A stretch of DNA of 64,000 nucleotides from Eledone cirrhosa (GCA_964016885.1 OZ024741.1:344906001-344970000); one strand, 5' to 3'; numbered from the stretch's first letter, positions 14,535 through 28,202 are shown. The notes: generated by a model not told the origin, from the letters alone. Numbers and translations are program-made.

Positions 14535-14984
14535 ATAATATGAGTGTATGTATCTAATGTAAATATGTTTAAAATATATACACATATACAATCACACATG
14601 TGTATATATATATATATATATATATGTATGTTTGTATTGACCTGTAACTCTTGATCGAGGCATCGAACACCATCATGACACTTTAAACCTGGCAGAGTCC
14701 ATCTTCTCTCCAAGACTGAATACAGCCAATTTCTTCCAGAGAAGGAGAGAGAGAAACGAAGTGAGAAAGATATATAAAGGAAGAATTTTGACTGGTGCAT
14801 TCTTTATTGACCTTGAAAGGATGAAAGGCAAAATTGACTTTGGTGGGATTTGAACTCACAAAGTAAATACTGCAAAACACTTTGACTGACACTCTAACCA
14901 TTTTGGTAATCTTTTGTGCTGCCCTAAAACTGAAACTAAAGATTTTATATTTGATCATGGTTTATAATATTGATTCATTTAAAA

Positions 14985-15017
<33 letters not shown>

Positions 15018-15089
15018 TATATATATTTTTTTTTACAAATTTCCTTCTCACCTGTGTCCGACTGAAAAATGGTATATTTGTCACAAAAG

Positions 15090-15153
15090 ACCGAACAAAC
15101 AAGTTCCTATGATTCAAAACGAACCCGGTCAGCTAAAGTTCCTGCTGGTAAAG
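15090..15153 (+). CDS. Myt1: Myt1-family exon (TEQTSSYDSKRTRSAKVPAGK)
   Basis: Donor AAG|gtaaat; weak aag| acceptor; phase 0 in, phase 1 out, fits neighbours. Confidence 0.55.
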
Positions 15154-16760
15154 GTAAATAGACATTTTTTTTTGTAATTTTTCTTCCTCTACTACTCCCA
15201 CTCCTGTTTTTCTTATTTCACTTTTTCCTGTTCTCTTTCTCCCTATCTCTCTTATACTTTATAAATGTGTGTGTGTGTGTGTGAGTGGTTGTGTCCACAG
15301 ACTATATCATCATATCATCGTTTAATGTTCTTCTTCCATGCTAGCATGGGTTAGACGTGTTTGTCTCACTTGAGGCAAGATTGGTCGGGTAACCGTGTCT
15401 CGCTCATACAGAACTGTTTCTGGCAGATTTTCTACAGCTCGCTGCCCTTCCTAACACCAACCACATTTACAGTGTGTACTATATCTATACAACCAATATC
15501 CAATTACTATCCAGTTGGCATCTTGAATATGTATCCATTGACATCTATTAATCTTAATATGTATAGATATAAGTATAATGAACTAGACAAATTGAATTTG
15601 TACTAGCCCGCCAAATTTTCCACTCACTCAATGGTTTTACAGAACCTGCATTTCCCAGGTGCAAGTTGGTAATTCAGAGCACACCAGTGAGTTAGTCAGT
15701 GGCAAAGTTGGTGTTATGTGGGAGCGCAATACAATTCTGCTCTGGACCAAATGATATCGTGGTTTCTTCACTGCATCCTGTGCTTGGATGTGCAAGTGCT
15801 GCACTCAATGTGCAGAAGCTATGCATTAATCCCAGAAGCATCCAGAAAAAAACATCCGCAGCCAGGACCGATGTAAGAAGTCCTTAATTATTTTATATAA
15901 CTGGCATAGATAAATCAAAATAAAAAATATCTCAATTTTATTGTTCCATAAAAGCTCATTAGAAATTAGCTGCAAAAATATCATATTCCAGAGCACACTC
16001 ACATGATAATATTACAGAAACAACAATAATTATTTATATCATGTAATACACATGACAAAGTAGAAAATAATCAGAACATGAAATTATTACTTTCATTACT
16101 ATTTACACCTATACAGCTGTTTCAAATTACAAAGAAAAATATATTAGTTACCATAGTTAAAATAAACAAAATAATTAGCAAATAAAATACTTGGTTTTCA
16201 TCTGTAGGTATGCCTTTTTATTACTCCAAAATATAAGCTATCCATAGGGAGATCAGTTGAAAATTGACTCGTATGTGTAGTTAAGTTTAGTAACTAACGT
16301 AACGGGAGAATTGACGAGACACCATACATGTTTTAGTATAAAATAGACAATAAAGAGGCTCATAGGAGAGCCAGGAATAGCTCACTAACTCCCTCAAGTA
16401 AAGCAGCTCAACCAACTAAGAGAGCAGTACATTATATATATATATATATAAAGAGTCAGGACCCCGACGGCTGAGCTCCGGCCGTTTTGACAGCTAGATC
16501 CTATTCAGATCTAGCTGTTGAATGGCCGGAGCTCAACCGTTGAGGTCCTGACTCTTTTTATATTACCCACTCTACTACCCTAAGTATCGAGTACTCTGGT
16601 GCGCTATGGTCCACCTGGTATCTTACCACACCTTCTTTGTTATATATATATATCTTTCTTCTTTCTGTCCTTTAACTCCTGATAGAGTCATAGGGGTGCC
16701 ACATTGACATACAGCATTTCTTGGGCATTTTAAACCTGGTGGAGTCCATCCCTCTCCAGA

Positions 16761-16806
<46 letters not shown>

Positions 16807-17431
16807 TACATGCAAATATAAGTATATAAAGACATTGATGTTACATTTACAAACATCCAAAATGACATTAATACGTTGGATCTACAGGATGGATGTAAAA
16901 TTTTCTACTCATTTTCCATTAGTTGTTCTATGTTCCTTGATATCTGTGAAACACAGCTGATTGCGAATATAGAGAAAATAAAAGCTAGAATTAAATCTAA
17001 AAGAACAAATATATTATTGAAAATAGATACAGAAAAGAAATATTTTATTTTGTAATTATTTTGTCATTTATTTTTTACATAAAAGAGAACAGAAGAGATT
17101 TGTTCAACAAGGCTTCTCTTCCTTGCCAAGAATAGAGATCTGCCAATAAAAAATAAGTTGACATTAGCATGTGAGTTAGCATGTGAGTAATTTGCAATGT
17201 TTGTATGGTAATATATACATCATTTCTCCTATGTGAATGCATATATATATATATGCATTCTGTAAACACGGTTGGTGTTAGGAAGGGCATCCAGCCGTAG
17301 AAAACCTGCTAGACAGTCCTATACAAGCGACACGAGTAATCTTGCCTCAAGTGGGACAATGCCCATCTAAACCCATGCTAGTGTGGAAGATAGACGTTAA
17401 ACGATGATGATGATGATGATAATGATACATA

Positions 17432-17479
<48 letters not shown>

Positions 17480-17550
17480 ATGTATATATGCAAAAAGTAA
17501 AGTATAAAGAAAAGAACACAGCAAATGATATAGTACAATGAAGATATATA

Positions 17551-17943
17551 CAAGGACAATCCCAAAAGTAAGGTCTCCTGCCAATATTGCAACTTTTCCT
17601 TTAAAATCCTGTGGATGGTGCTTCGGGAAACCTCAGGAACCCAAATGCAGAGAGCATCCAGAGTGATCCGCCGATCTTTACGCATGTTTTCCTCAGAAGG
17701 AGACCTTACTTTTGGGATTGCCTTCTATATAATAACTGCGCGAAATTCGCACTTGGCAGTAGCGTTCAACAGGAGCTCCATTCTCAACGGCTGCCAAGCC
17801 AAGATTGAGCATCCCAGTGAAGTGTGCGCATGCTTGTTTGGGAGTGAAGGAAGCACCAATCACAACAGTGTTGCCAACAGCCATACGAACAGTTTCTCTG
17901 TGTCCCCATCGCTTTGGAGACCTTACTTTTGGGATTACCCTCG
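17551..17943 (-). mobile_element. Internally deleted, rearranged mariner with three TIRs
   Basis: TA-flanked TIR aatcccaaaagtaaggtctcc at 17551, inverted at about 17699 and 17916; remnants MELLLNATAKCEFRAVI and RKDRRITLDAL..VSRSTIHRILKEKL. Confidence 0.8.
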
Positions 17944-18232
17944 TATTAGTTTAACACTTGATATAATTGAAAAAAGTCTTAAAGTTTCAGAATTTAGTCC
18001 TTCATCAGAAGGAAATAGAAAGATGGAGAATGAGAAGAGGAATAAATGGAAATATATGTATGCATGTATGTGTGTGGGAAAAATATACAAAAAACACAAC
18101 AGACAATGAGGTTCAATGAAGATATATATTAGTTTCATGCTTAAAATAGTAGGAATAATCTTAATGTTTCAAATGATAGTCTTTCATCAGAATATATAAT
18201 GAGAAATTAAAGAAGAAATAGAAAGATAGAGG

Positions 18233-18270
<38 letters not shown>

Positions 18271-18497
18271 ATATATAAGTATGTGTGTATATATATGTGT
18301 ATGTGTGTATATATATATATATATGTGTGTATATGTATATATATATATAGATATGTGTATTTATATATGTATGTGTATATATATAAATGTGTATATATAA
18401 ATATGTGTATATATATATCTGTATGTATGTATATATATCTGTATGTATGTACATATATCTGTATGTGTATATATATATATGTGTATGTGTAAATATG

Positions 18498-18590
<93 letters not shown>

Positions 18591-18614
18591 ATGTGTATAT
18601 GGATGTATCTATGT

Positions 18615-18945
18615 ATCATCATCATTTCATCATTTCATTTTACGTCCGCTTTTCCCTGCTTGCAAGGGTGGGACGGGAACTGATTCTGGCTTGATTTCTA
18701 CAGCTGGATGCCCTTCCTAACACCAACCTTATTTACAGTGAGTGCTGAGTGCTTTTCTGCCATGGCACCTACACGTCCACTTTACAGTGGAATGATAGGG
18801 ACTGGGGTCCCTATCATCTCATTTCTACAGCTGAGTAAACTGGAGCAATGTGAAATAAAGTGTCTTGCTCAAGGAAACAACACATCACCCGGTCTGAGAA
18901 TTGAACTCACAACCTTTCGATTGCACACTAAGCCATGTGCCTCCA
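18615..18945 (-). mobile_element. CORE-SINE with RTE-derived 3' tail; copies 53370-53713 (-), 53870-54075 (+ partial), 54100-54160 (-)
   Basis: tRNA head, CORE-like block and tail cccttgcaagcagggaaaagcggacgtaaaatga(tga)n. Confidence 0.8.
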
Positions 18946-18967
18946 TATATATATATATACACATATA

Positions 18968-19016
<49 letters not shown>

Positions 19017-19626
19017 GAATAATCGAGTATCGAAAAATCGGCGCACGAGTTCACGATAAACAAAATTCGATATGAGCGGCAGAGGGCTCAATAATTTAGA
19101 TAAATCAGAGCTATAACTATCGTTAAAATACCGTCACACATAGAACAAGTCTATAATCAACCATACGACCGAAAAATTGCGATCTGGAAGATTCGGGACA
19201 CTCAGATAAAAAATCAATAAATCAATAAATCAAATGAATGTAAAAAGCATATATATATATATATATATACCGCGCGGTTAAACCACTGGGAGTGAAGACC
19301 CCTAGTCTTTCTCAGGGCATTCTTCTAGGAGAAGGCAACTCAGGAAACTGGGATAACTCCGATATAAAACCTGCTGCTCAGTAGTTACCGATGATGTTGA
19401 TCTTTTCTTCTTTTCGGGTTATAGCTACTGTCGCTCAGAGAGTGGGATTGGCTCGGTGCACGGTCTTTCCTCACTTTAAAAAATATCTTCACGCACAGGC
19501 ATTGCACGATAGAATTAATTAATAATTACTAATAATGGTACATCATGCAATGGCCATACTCGATAACGAGGGGGCAGCCATCATCATATGTATGTATGTA
19601 TATATATACATATATGTGTGTGTGTG

Positions 19627-19669
<43 letters not shown>

Positions 19670-19894
19670 GTATGTATATATATACATATATATGTGTGTG
19701 TATATATGCATATGTATTTAAATACATATATACACACCACATGAATTACATTAATTGATTATGAATTATATTCTCTTCAATTTGAAATCAAATATTCTAC
19801 ATTTATAAAATGTAAATTAAAACAATATATTCTGATATTTTTATATTCCAATATTCTGATTCATATTCTAATATTCTGTTTTGTTTTCTTTCAG

Positions 19895-19916
19895 AAACAC
19901 TTCCAGAATCTGGCGG
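19895..19916 (+). CDS. Myt1: Myt1-family 22-nt microexon (ETLPESGG) just before finger 1
   Basis: Strong acceptor ttttctttcag|, donor GG|gtaatg; phase 1 in, phase 2 out, joins GG+A to give Gly before CPTPG. Confidence 0.7.
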
Positions 19917-19949
19917 GTAATGTTTCTTTCTCTTGTCTTATTGTTTTAT

Positions 19950-20662
19950 TGTATATATATTATTATATATTTAAAGTATTGTTGTATATATATTATTATA
20001 TACTTACAGTATTGTTGTATATATATTATTATATACTTACAGTATTGTTGTATATATATTATTATATACTTACAGTATTGTTGTATATATATTATTATAT
20101 ACTTACAGTATTGTTGTATATATATTATTATATATATAAAGTATTGTTGTATATATATTATTATATACTTACAGTATTGTTGTATATATATTATTATATA
20201 TTTAAAGTATTGTTGTATATATATTATTATATACTTACAGTATTGTTGTATATATATTATTATATATTTAAAGTATTGTTGTGTATATATTATTATATAC
20301 TTACAGTATTGTTGTATATATATTATTATATATTTAAAGTATTGTTGTGTATATATTATTATATACTTACAGTATTGTTGACCCTTGCAAGCAGGGAAAA
20401 GTGGACGTAAAATGAAATGATGATATTATTATCTACTTACAGTATTGTTGTATATATATTATTATATACTTACAGTATTGTTGTATATATATTATTATAT
20501 ACTTACAGTATTGTTGTATATATATTATTATATACTTACAGTATTGTTGTATATATATTATTATCTACTTTCAGTTTTGTTGTATATATATTATTATATA
20601 TTTAAAGTATTGTTGTATATATATTATTATATACTTCCAGTATTATTGTATATATATATATT
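19950..20662. repeat. 33-bp AT-rich minisatellite
   Basis: Unit tattgttgtatatatattattatatacttacag (11-aa periodic spurious ORFs); interrupted by a 44-bp RTE/SINE tail at 20381-20424. Confidence 0.95.
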
Positions 20663-20674
20663 ATGATATATTGT

Positions 20675-23614
20675 ACTAGAAATGAGGAAGGCTCCAGAAT
20701 CCTGGAATTCTGTGACGCAAATAACCTAACTATCTGTAACACTAACTTCAAAAAACGTGACAATCACCTGATCACCTATAGATCTGGGGAACACACAAGC
20801 CAGGTAGATTATATCCTTACCAGAAGACGTGACAGAGTGTCTGTTGTAAACACTAAATCCCTCCCCCATGAAGAATGCACCTCCCAACATAGACTGATAA
20901 TTAGCGACCTCATAGTCAGGACGAGACGTACTCAACAGCAGAAGAGGACTATCCTCAGGAGAAAAATATGGAAGCTAAAGGACCCCACAGCCAGAAATAA
21001 ATTTCAAAGCATATTACTTGATGCTTTCGACAGTAAGGAAGAGCATTTAGAGTCGGACAATATAGAGGGACAGTGGGAATTTCTGAAAGCAAACCTGCTG
21101 ATGGCGACAGACGAAGTCTGTGGCTAGAGCAGGCCTGTAGGCAGGAGGAGAGTAACATGGTGGTGGAACAGTAAGGTGGAGGGGTCAATTAAGGCCAAAA
21201 AGCAGGCTTGGAAAGTATGGCGGGATGGGGGAAGTAGAGAAGACTATCAAGTGGCCAGGAGGGAAGCTAGGAGACAAGTGTACTTAGCAAGAAGGGAAGC
21301 AGAGGAAAGAAAGTTCAAGCATGTTCTACAACGCGAGGACCAAAAACGTGAGGTGTTCAGGATAGCTAGGCAATGCGTCAAGGAAAACCGTGATATTGTC
21401 GGGGAGAAGTGTGTACTTAATGATGACGGCGTACTTGCCATCACCGACGCTGATAAGAAGGTAGCTTGGAAGTGTCACTATGAAAGGCTACTAAATGAGG
21501 AGAATAAATGGGAGAAAGACAGTCTCCCCCACATCGACGCAATAGAGGGACCAGCAGTGTTAGTCGAGGGGAGTATAATAAGTAAGGCAATCAAGGATAT
21601 GAAGACGGGTAAGGCGGCTGGGCCTTCGGAAATAGTTGCTGAGATGCTGAAGGCATCTGGCACGGTGGGACACACCATGGTCACCCGCATAGTTAACCAA
21701 GTCGTACAGAATGGGGTTGTTCCGAAGGACTGGCATAGCAGCATCATCGTTAACTGTTATAAGGGTAAAGGAGACGCCCTAGATAGGAGTAACTATAGAG
21801 GCATTAAATTAATCGACCAGGTCATGAAGGTCACGGAAAAAGTAATAGCGCAATTAATCAGAGAGAGAATTGACCTAGATGAAATGCAGTTCGGGTTTGT
21901 GTCAGGCAAAAGTACCACAGACGCTCTTTTCATTGTACGACAACTACAGGAGAAGTACCTAGCTAAAGGTAAACCCCTCTACTTAGCTTTTGTCGACTTG
22001 GAGAAAGCCTTCGACAGAGTCCCCCACTCCATTATCTGGTGGGCTCTTAGAAAACTAGGTGTTGACGAATGGCTTGTGAGAGCTATACAAGCCATGTATA
22101 AAGAAACAGTCAGCAAGGTTAGAATTAACAACGAATATAGTGAAGAGTTTAGCGTAAAAGTTGGCGTCCATCAGAGCTCTGTTCTCAGCCCCCTACTATT
22201 TATTATTGCCCTTCAGGCTATAACAGAGGAGTTCAAGACCGGCTGCCCATGGGAACTCCTATACGCAGACGACCTGACACTCATAGCTGAATCAATGGCC
22301 GAGCTAGAGAAGAAATTCCAAACATGGAAGCACGGCCTAGAATCAAAAGGACTTAAAATTAACCTGGCTAAGACTAAAGTTCTAGTCTGTAGGAAAGAAA
22401 ATAAGGCGGCGGTCCCTTCTGGGAAATGGTCATGCTCAGTGTGTAGGAAAGGCGTAGGTAGAAACTCCATTATATGTCCTAAATGCAAAGTATGGATGCA
22501 TAAAAGATGTAGTGGGATCACAGGTTAGCTAACTAAGAACATAGATTTTACATGTGGCCGGTGCTCTGGTGCAATAAGTAGCAGCAAGTGCCCACAAAAT
22601 ACTAGCTCTTTCAATTGCGCAGAGGGTTCTATAGAAATAGTGGACAGCTTCCGTTACCTGGGCAATAAAATCAGCAGTGGGAGAGGGTGCTCTGAAAGTA
22701 CAGTAGCTAGAGTCAGAACTGGTTGGAAAAAGTTCAGAGAGCTTATACCACTATTAGCTGCTAAAGGGTTCTCCCTAAAAATGAAAGGCAGGTTGTACGA
22801 TGCCTGCATACGAACAGCAATGTTGCATGGCAGTGAGACCTGGGCATTGTGTGCAGAGGATATACGCAGACTAGAGAGGAACGAAGCTTGCATGCTCCGC
22901 TGGATGTGTAACAGTAATATACGTGAACGGCAAAGCATAAATGAACTAAGGAAAAAATTAGAAATAAGAGGGATCAGATGTTGTTTACTCGAGAGAAGGC
23001 TACGTTGGTATGGACACGTGATGCGCATGAAAGTCGATAGCTGTATAACAAAGTGCAGGGCAATAAAGATAGACGGTAGCCACGGAATAGGCAGACCTAG
23101 AAAAACCTGGGACGAGCTGATAAACTCCGACCTCACACACTTACACCTCTCCAAGACAATGTCACTGGACCGAGACCTTTGGCGGTACTCAGTAACAGAG
23201 AAGACCCGCCTTACCTAAATACATAGTAAAACCTACTACAGCCAGTAGGCATCTCTAACAAAATACACCCCGTCCCACCACCACCACCTCCACCCTATCC
23301 ACACCACCCCGTTCTATGTAAAGTTATGTTGGTGCCGCGCAATCCAGGCCGAAACAAATGAGATCGTGTAGGTGTCACGACAAAAAAACACACAGTCCAC
23401 GCTGTAATGTGGCCGTGTAGGCAACACGGTAAAAACCTCCCAGACCCACACTGTAAATGTGGTTGGTGTTAGGAAGGGCATCCAACTGTAGAAAACCTGC
23501 CAGACAGTCCTATGTGAGCAAGACAATCACTCTTGCCTCAAGTGGGACTACCCCCGTCCAAACCCATGCAAGCGTGGAACACGGACGTTAAACGTTGATG
23601 ATGATGATGATGAT
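20675..23614 (+). mobile_element. 5'-truncated RTE-clade LINE: end of APE endonuclease, reverse transcriptase, PHD-like finger, 3' UTR, (GAT)n tail
   Basis: SQVDYIL/SQHRL (APE), NYRGIKL, QFGF, FVDLEKAFD, LLYADD, RRLRWYGHV, GRPRKTW; single frame with two in-frame TAG stops (21125, 22526). Confidence 0.95.
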
Positions 23615-23632
23615 GTATTATTGTTGTATATA

Positions 23633-24880
23633 CGAGGGGGGATCAAAAAGTTCGCGGAATTTTTCAGAAAATATTCTATTTTTCAAAAAATATGATTTAC
23701 CTTCAATTTATTTTTCTACATAGTTGCCATCCAGGTCAATACACTTCACAAGGCGATTATTCCAGCTTTGTAAGCCGTCTCTAAAGAAAGTTGAAGGCCT
23801 TGTTCGAAGCCATGTGTTGGCAGTGTTTTAGCTTCTTCAACACCACTAAAACGGGTTCCTTTTAGCATTTCTTTGAGTTTTGGAAAGAGGAAAAAGTCTG
23901 ATGGGGCTAAATCTGGACTATAAGGCGGGTGAAGAAGCACTTCCCATCGAAATTCTCGAAGAACTTCTTTTGCAACCCGCGCAGAATGCGCTGGTGCATT
24001 GTTATGGTCAAACAAGATCCCACCATGAAGTTTCCCTTTTCGTTTCTTGACTAATGCCTCTTTCAGTTTCCTTAAAACATTTGCATAGTAAGCTCCTGTC
24101 ACAGTTCTTTGACCTTCAAGATAATCTATTAGTATCACCCCATCTTAATCCCAGAAAATGGTGGCCATCACTTTTTTATCCGACTTTTGAGATTTGAAAT
24201 TGATTGGCCCCGATGATCCACGTGGAAGCCACTGTTTTGACTGCTGTTTGGATTCAGGATCATACTGGTAGATCCAGGTTTCATCTCCGGTGATGATCCT
24301 GGTCAGGAAATGCTCTTCATCAACTTCAAATTTGTTTAATATCGCCAAAGACAGATCACTTCGAAGAATCAGCTGATCAGGGCGCAACGCTTTTGGGACC
24401 CATCGCACTGAAAGCTTGCTTAGTCCCAAATTATCATGCAGAATTGAATTTGCCGAACCATATGAAATGTCTAGGGACTTAGCTAACTGATTAACTGTTA
24501 TTCTTCGATCTTCTTCAATTAAAGTCTGAGCAGCCTCAACGTTTGGTCATTTTTTAATGTTCCTAGTCTTCCACTGCGATGGTCGTCTTCAAGGTCGTCT
24601 CTCCCTTGTTTGAATCGCTGAATTCACTTGTAGACAGCAATTTTCTTTGGAACAGTAGTACCGTAAACTTTAACTAAAGCCTCCATAATCTGTGTCCCTT
24701 TCCATTTGAGTTTCACCAGAAACTTGATATTCGATCTTATCTCAAAATAACTATTTTCCATTGTTCCAAAAAGAGGTTTTTTAAAGTGTGTCAGTACTGT
24801 ATAACAGTCCACACATAACTGACTACAATTGACTAATAGCAAGGTAAACACCCAGTGACAATGTTCTGACATGTTTAATA
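23633..24880 (-). mobile_element. Mariner transposon (irritans/Hsmar2-like TIR) with decayed transposase at about 23700-24761; 5' TIR missing
   Basis: TA|cgaggggggatcaaaaagtt TIR; WVPKAL, TGDETW, HNNAPAH, YSPDLAPSDFFLF motifs; stops and frameshifts. Confidence 0.92.
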
Positions 24881-24914
24881 TTGTTTTAACCTATTTTTTT
24901 CTTACTATGATAAA

Positions 24915-25550
24915 AAGAAAGACTACGTTGGTATGGCCACGTGATGCGCATGAAAGATGACAGCTGTATAAAAAAGTGCAGGGCGATCAAATTGATGGTA
25001 GTTACGGAGTAGGTAGACCCAGAAAAACCTGGGACGATCTGATAAATTCCGACCTTACACACTTGCACCTCTCTAAGACCAATGTCACTGGACCGAGATC
25101 TTTGGCGCTACGCAGTAATACAGAAGGCCCGCCTTGCCTATGTACAAAGCAAAACCTACAGTCAGTAGGCACCTCTTAACCAAATATGCACCCCAATCCA
25201 CTACCCCTACCCTATCCTCCCACTCCCACCAACACCACCCTCTCTCTATAAAGTTGGTACCACAACATCCAGTCCAAATAAATGAGATAATGAGATCGAG
25301 ATCGTGTAGGTGTCACGAGAAAAAATACACAGTCCACGCTGTAATGTGGCCGTGTAGGTAACACGGTAAAAAGTTCCCAGTTCCACACTGTAAATGTGGT
25401 TGGTGTTAGGAAGGGCATCCAACCGTAGAAAACCTGCCAGATAGTCCTATATGAGCGAGACATGGTCACCCAACCAACCTTTCCTCCAGTGGGACAACTC
25501 CCGCCTAACCCATGCTAGCGTGGAAAATGGACGTAAGATGATGATGATGA
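24915..25550 (+). mobile_element. 3' fragment of the same RTE family
   Basis: LRWYGHVMRMK..GRPRKTWDDLINSD, 3' UTR and (GAT)n tail. Confidence 0.9.
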
Positions 25551-25689
25551 TTATTATATATATGTATATGTATAAATATATTATTGTATATTATATTGTT
25601 ATTGTATATATATATTATTATATAATTACAGTATTATTGTATATATATATATATATTATTAGTTATTATATTATTATTGTATGTATGTA

Positions 25690-27200
25690 TAACTTTGCCT
25701 TTCATCCTTACGGGGTCGATAAAATAAAGTACCAGTAATGCACTGGGTAATTGCTGGCCTTGTGCCAAAAGTAGAAACAATTATTGTATAAGGGCGGTGG
25801 ATTGGCAGTATCGGTAGAGGATCGGATGCAATGCTTTGACGCATAGAGTTACGGTCCTTGCCATTCTGAGTTCAAATCCCGCCGAGGTTAACTTTGCCTT
25901 TCATCCTTACGGGGTCGATAAAATAAAGTACCAGTAATGAACTGGGTATTTGCTGGCCTTGTGCCAAACATTAATATATCATATTATTAATGTATATATA
26001 TACCATGCTTTCTAGCATAGAGTTACGGTCCTTGCCATTCTGAGTTCAAATCCCGCCGAGGTTAACTTTGCCTTTCATCCTTACGGGGTTGATAAAATAA
26101 AGTACCAGTAATGTACTGGGTAATTGCTGGCCTTGTGCCTAAAGTAGAAACAATTAATGTATATATATACAATTATATATACAAATATATATGCAAATCT
26201 TGCCAAGGTTAGCTTTGCATTTCACTCTTACGGGGTTCATAAATAAAGTACCAGTCACGCACTGAGGTCGATTTAATTGACTTGCCTCTTCAGAATGCTG
26301 GCCTTGTACCAGATGTAGAAACCATTATATATATAAAGAGAGATAGATTGGCAGAATCTTTAGAGCATTAGGTAAAATTCTTTGTGGCATTTGTTTCTGC
26401 TCTTTACAGTCTATGTTCCAATCCTGCCAAGGTTAACTTTGCCTTTCGTCCTTCTGTGGCTTGGTAATTTAAAGTACTAGTCAAATACTAGGATTGATGT
26501 GATCGACTTTTTTCTCTGCATGAATTGCAGACCTTGTGCCTATATTAACAATCAAGGCGGTGGATTAACAGTACCGGTAGAGTATCAGACAACATACTTT
26601 ACAACATATAGTTATGTCTCTTTACATTCTGAGTTGAAATCCCACTAAAGTTAGCTCAGCCTTTCATCCTTATAGGATCGATAAGATAAAGTACCAGTAA
26701 TGCACTGAGGTCAATTTAATCGACTTTTTCCTCCTCCCAAATTGTTGACATTGTGTCTAGATAAAAAATCATTTTATTATTGTTAGGGCGGTGAATTGGC
26801 AGTATCAGTAGAGAGTTGGACACCATGCTTTGCAGCAAAAGTTACAGTCCTTTACGGTCTGAGTTCAAATCCCACCAAGGTTAATTTGCCTTTCATTCTT
26901 ACAGAATCGATAAAATAAAGCACCAGTAAGATACTGGGGTCGATTTAATCGACTCCCCCCCCCCCCAAATTACTGGCCTTGTGCCTATTCTAAAAATCAT
27001 TATTATGAGGGCGGTGGATTGGCAGTATCAGTGGAAGGTCAGACGCCATGCTTTGTAGCATAGTTATGCCCCTTTACAGTCTGAGTTCAAATCCCCCCAA
27101 GGTTAACTTTGCCTTTCATCTTTACAGGCACGATAAAATAAAGCACCAGTAATGCACTGGGATAATTGCTGACCTTGTGCCAAAAATAGAAACAATTATT
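25690..27200 (+). mobile_element. Head-to-tail cluster of about 8 group-A SINE copies
   Basis: Repeated body actttgcctttcatccttacggggtcgataaaataaagtaccag; heads near 25792, 26340, 26555, 26785, 27008. Confidence 0.85.
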
Positions 27201-27815
27201 ATGAGTGAGCCACCCTAAATAATCAGTTGTGTAGCTAGAAATAGCTACCACATGTCCCTCAAATCATTCCACTGGATATTGTATTAAAACATGAAGAGCA
27301 CCTTAGATAATGTAGTCTTCTATATATTATGTCTTTAAAAAAAAGATGGGTGATCATGACTAGAAGGCTGGATGAGGGCTGACCTGAAGTAAAACATCAA
27401 CAAGGTAGCATCTACATGGTTACTCAGCTTGCAAGAAATAGAAGTCATATCTCCTTTAAATCACTCCCTAATGTTTTAAATAAGGAAAGGCATATTGGAC
27501 AATGTAGTTGTTTTACACAAAGAATGTTTGTCTGATCAGTGCCTGCCTGGGGCTAAACAACAACAAGGAAGTAGACATTGGATAATATAGTCCACAGTAT
27601 ACATAAAGATGGAATGATCATGCCAGGAACAAATTAGATTATAAGTTTGTATGATCAAAACTGATCTGGAGTTAAACAACAAGGAAGGACGTGTTGGATA
27701 ATGTAGTCCTCAGTATACAAAACATAAAGAAGTTGTAACTTTGATCATAGCTTTGTCCATATGATCAGTACTAACCTGGGGTTAAACAACCAAAGTATCA
27801 GCTCTCTAATTAATT

Positions 27816-27854
<39 letters not shown>

Positions 27855-28139
27855 GAGATAAATAAATAATTTTCTATATAGATGATAAACACAATCACAA
27901 GGATATGGTCTGAATGTGGAAGAGTCGAACTCCCACTGTCATTGCCTCCATTTCTCTCACCCTCCCCATTAATCTGTATGGTGAGCAAATGGGGTCCCAT
28001 GTGTTGGCTTCCCCATAGCCCTGGCAGACAGAATGGTGAAGGTGTTTCCCTGGAGGATGGTAAGGAAGATGTGCTGGAAGAGCTTATAAAACACTTATTT
28101 GGTCATAAAAGCTTCTCAATTCTGATATATCTTTAACAG

Positions 28140-28202
28140 ATGTCCAACGCCAGGCTGCAATGGTCAAGGTCATATCACAGGAAAACATGCTCGCCACCGA
28201 AC
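28140..28202 (+). CDS. Myt1: Myt1 C2HC zinc finger 1, first part ([20 protein letters not shown])
   Basis: ctttaacag| and AC|gtaagt splice sites; CCHHC consensus of MYT1/NZF fingers. Confidence 0.95.
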
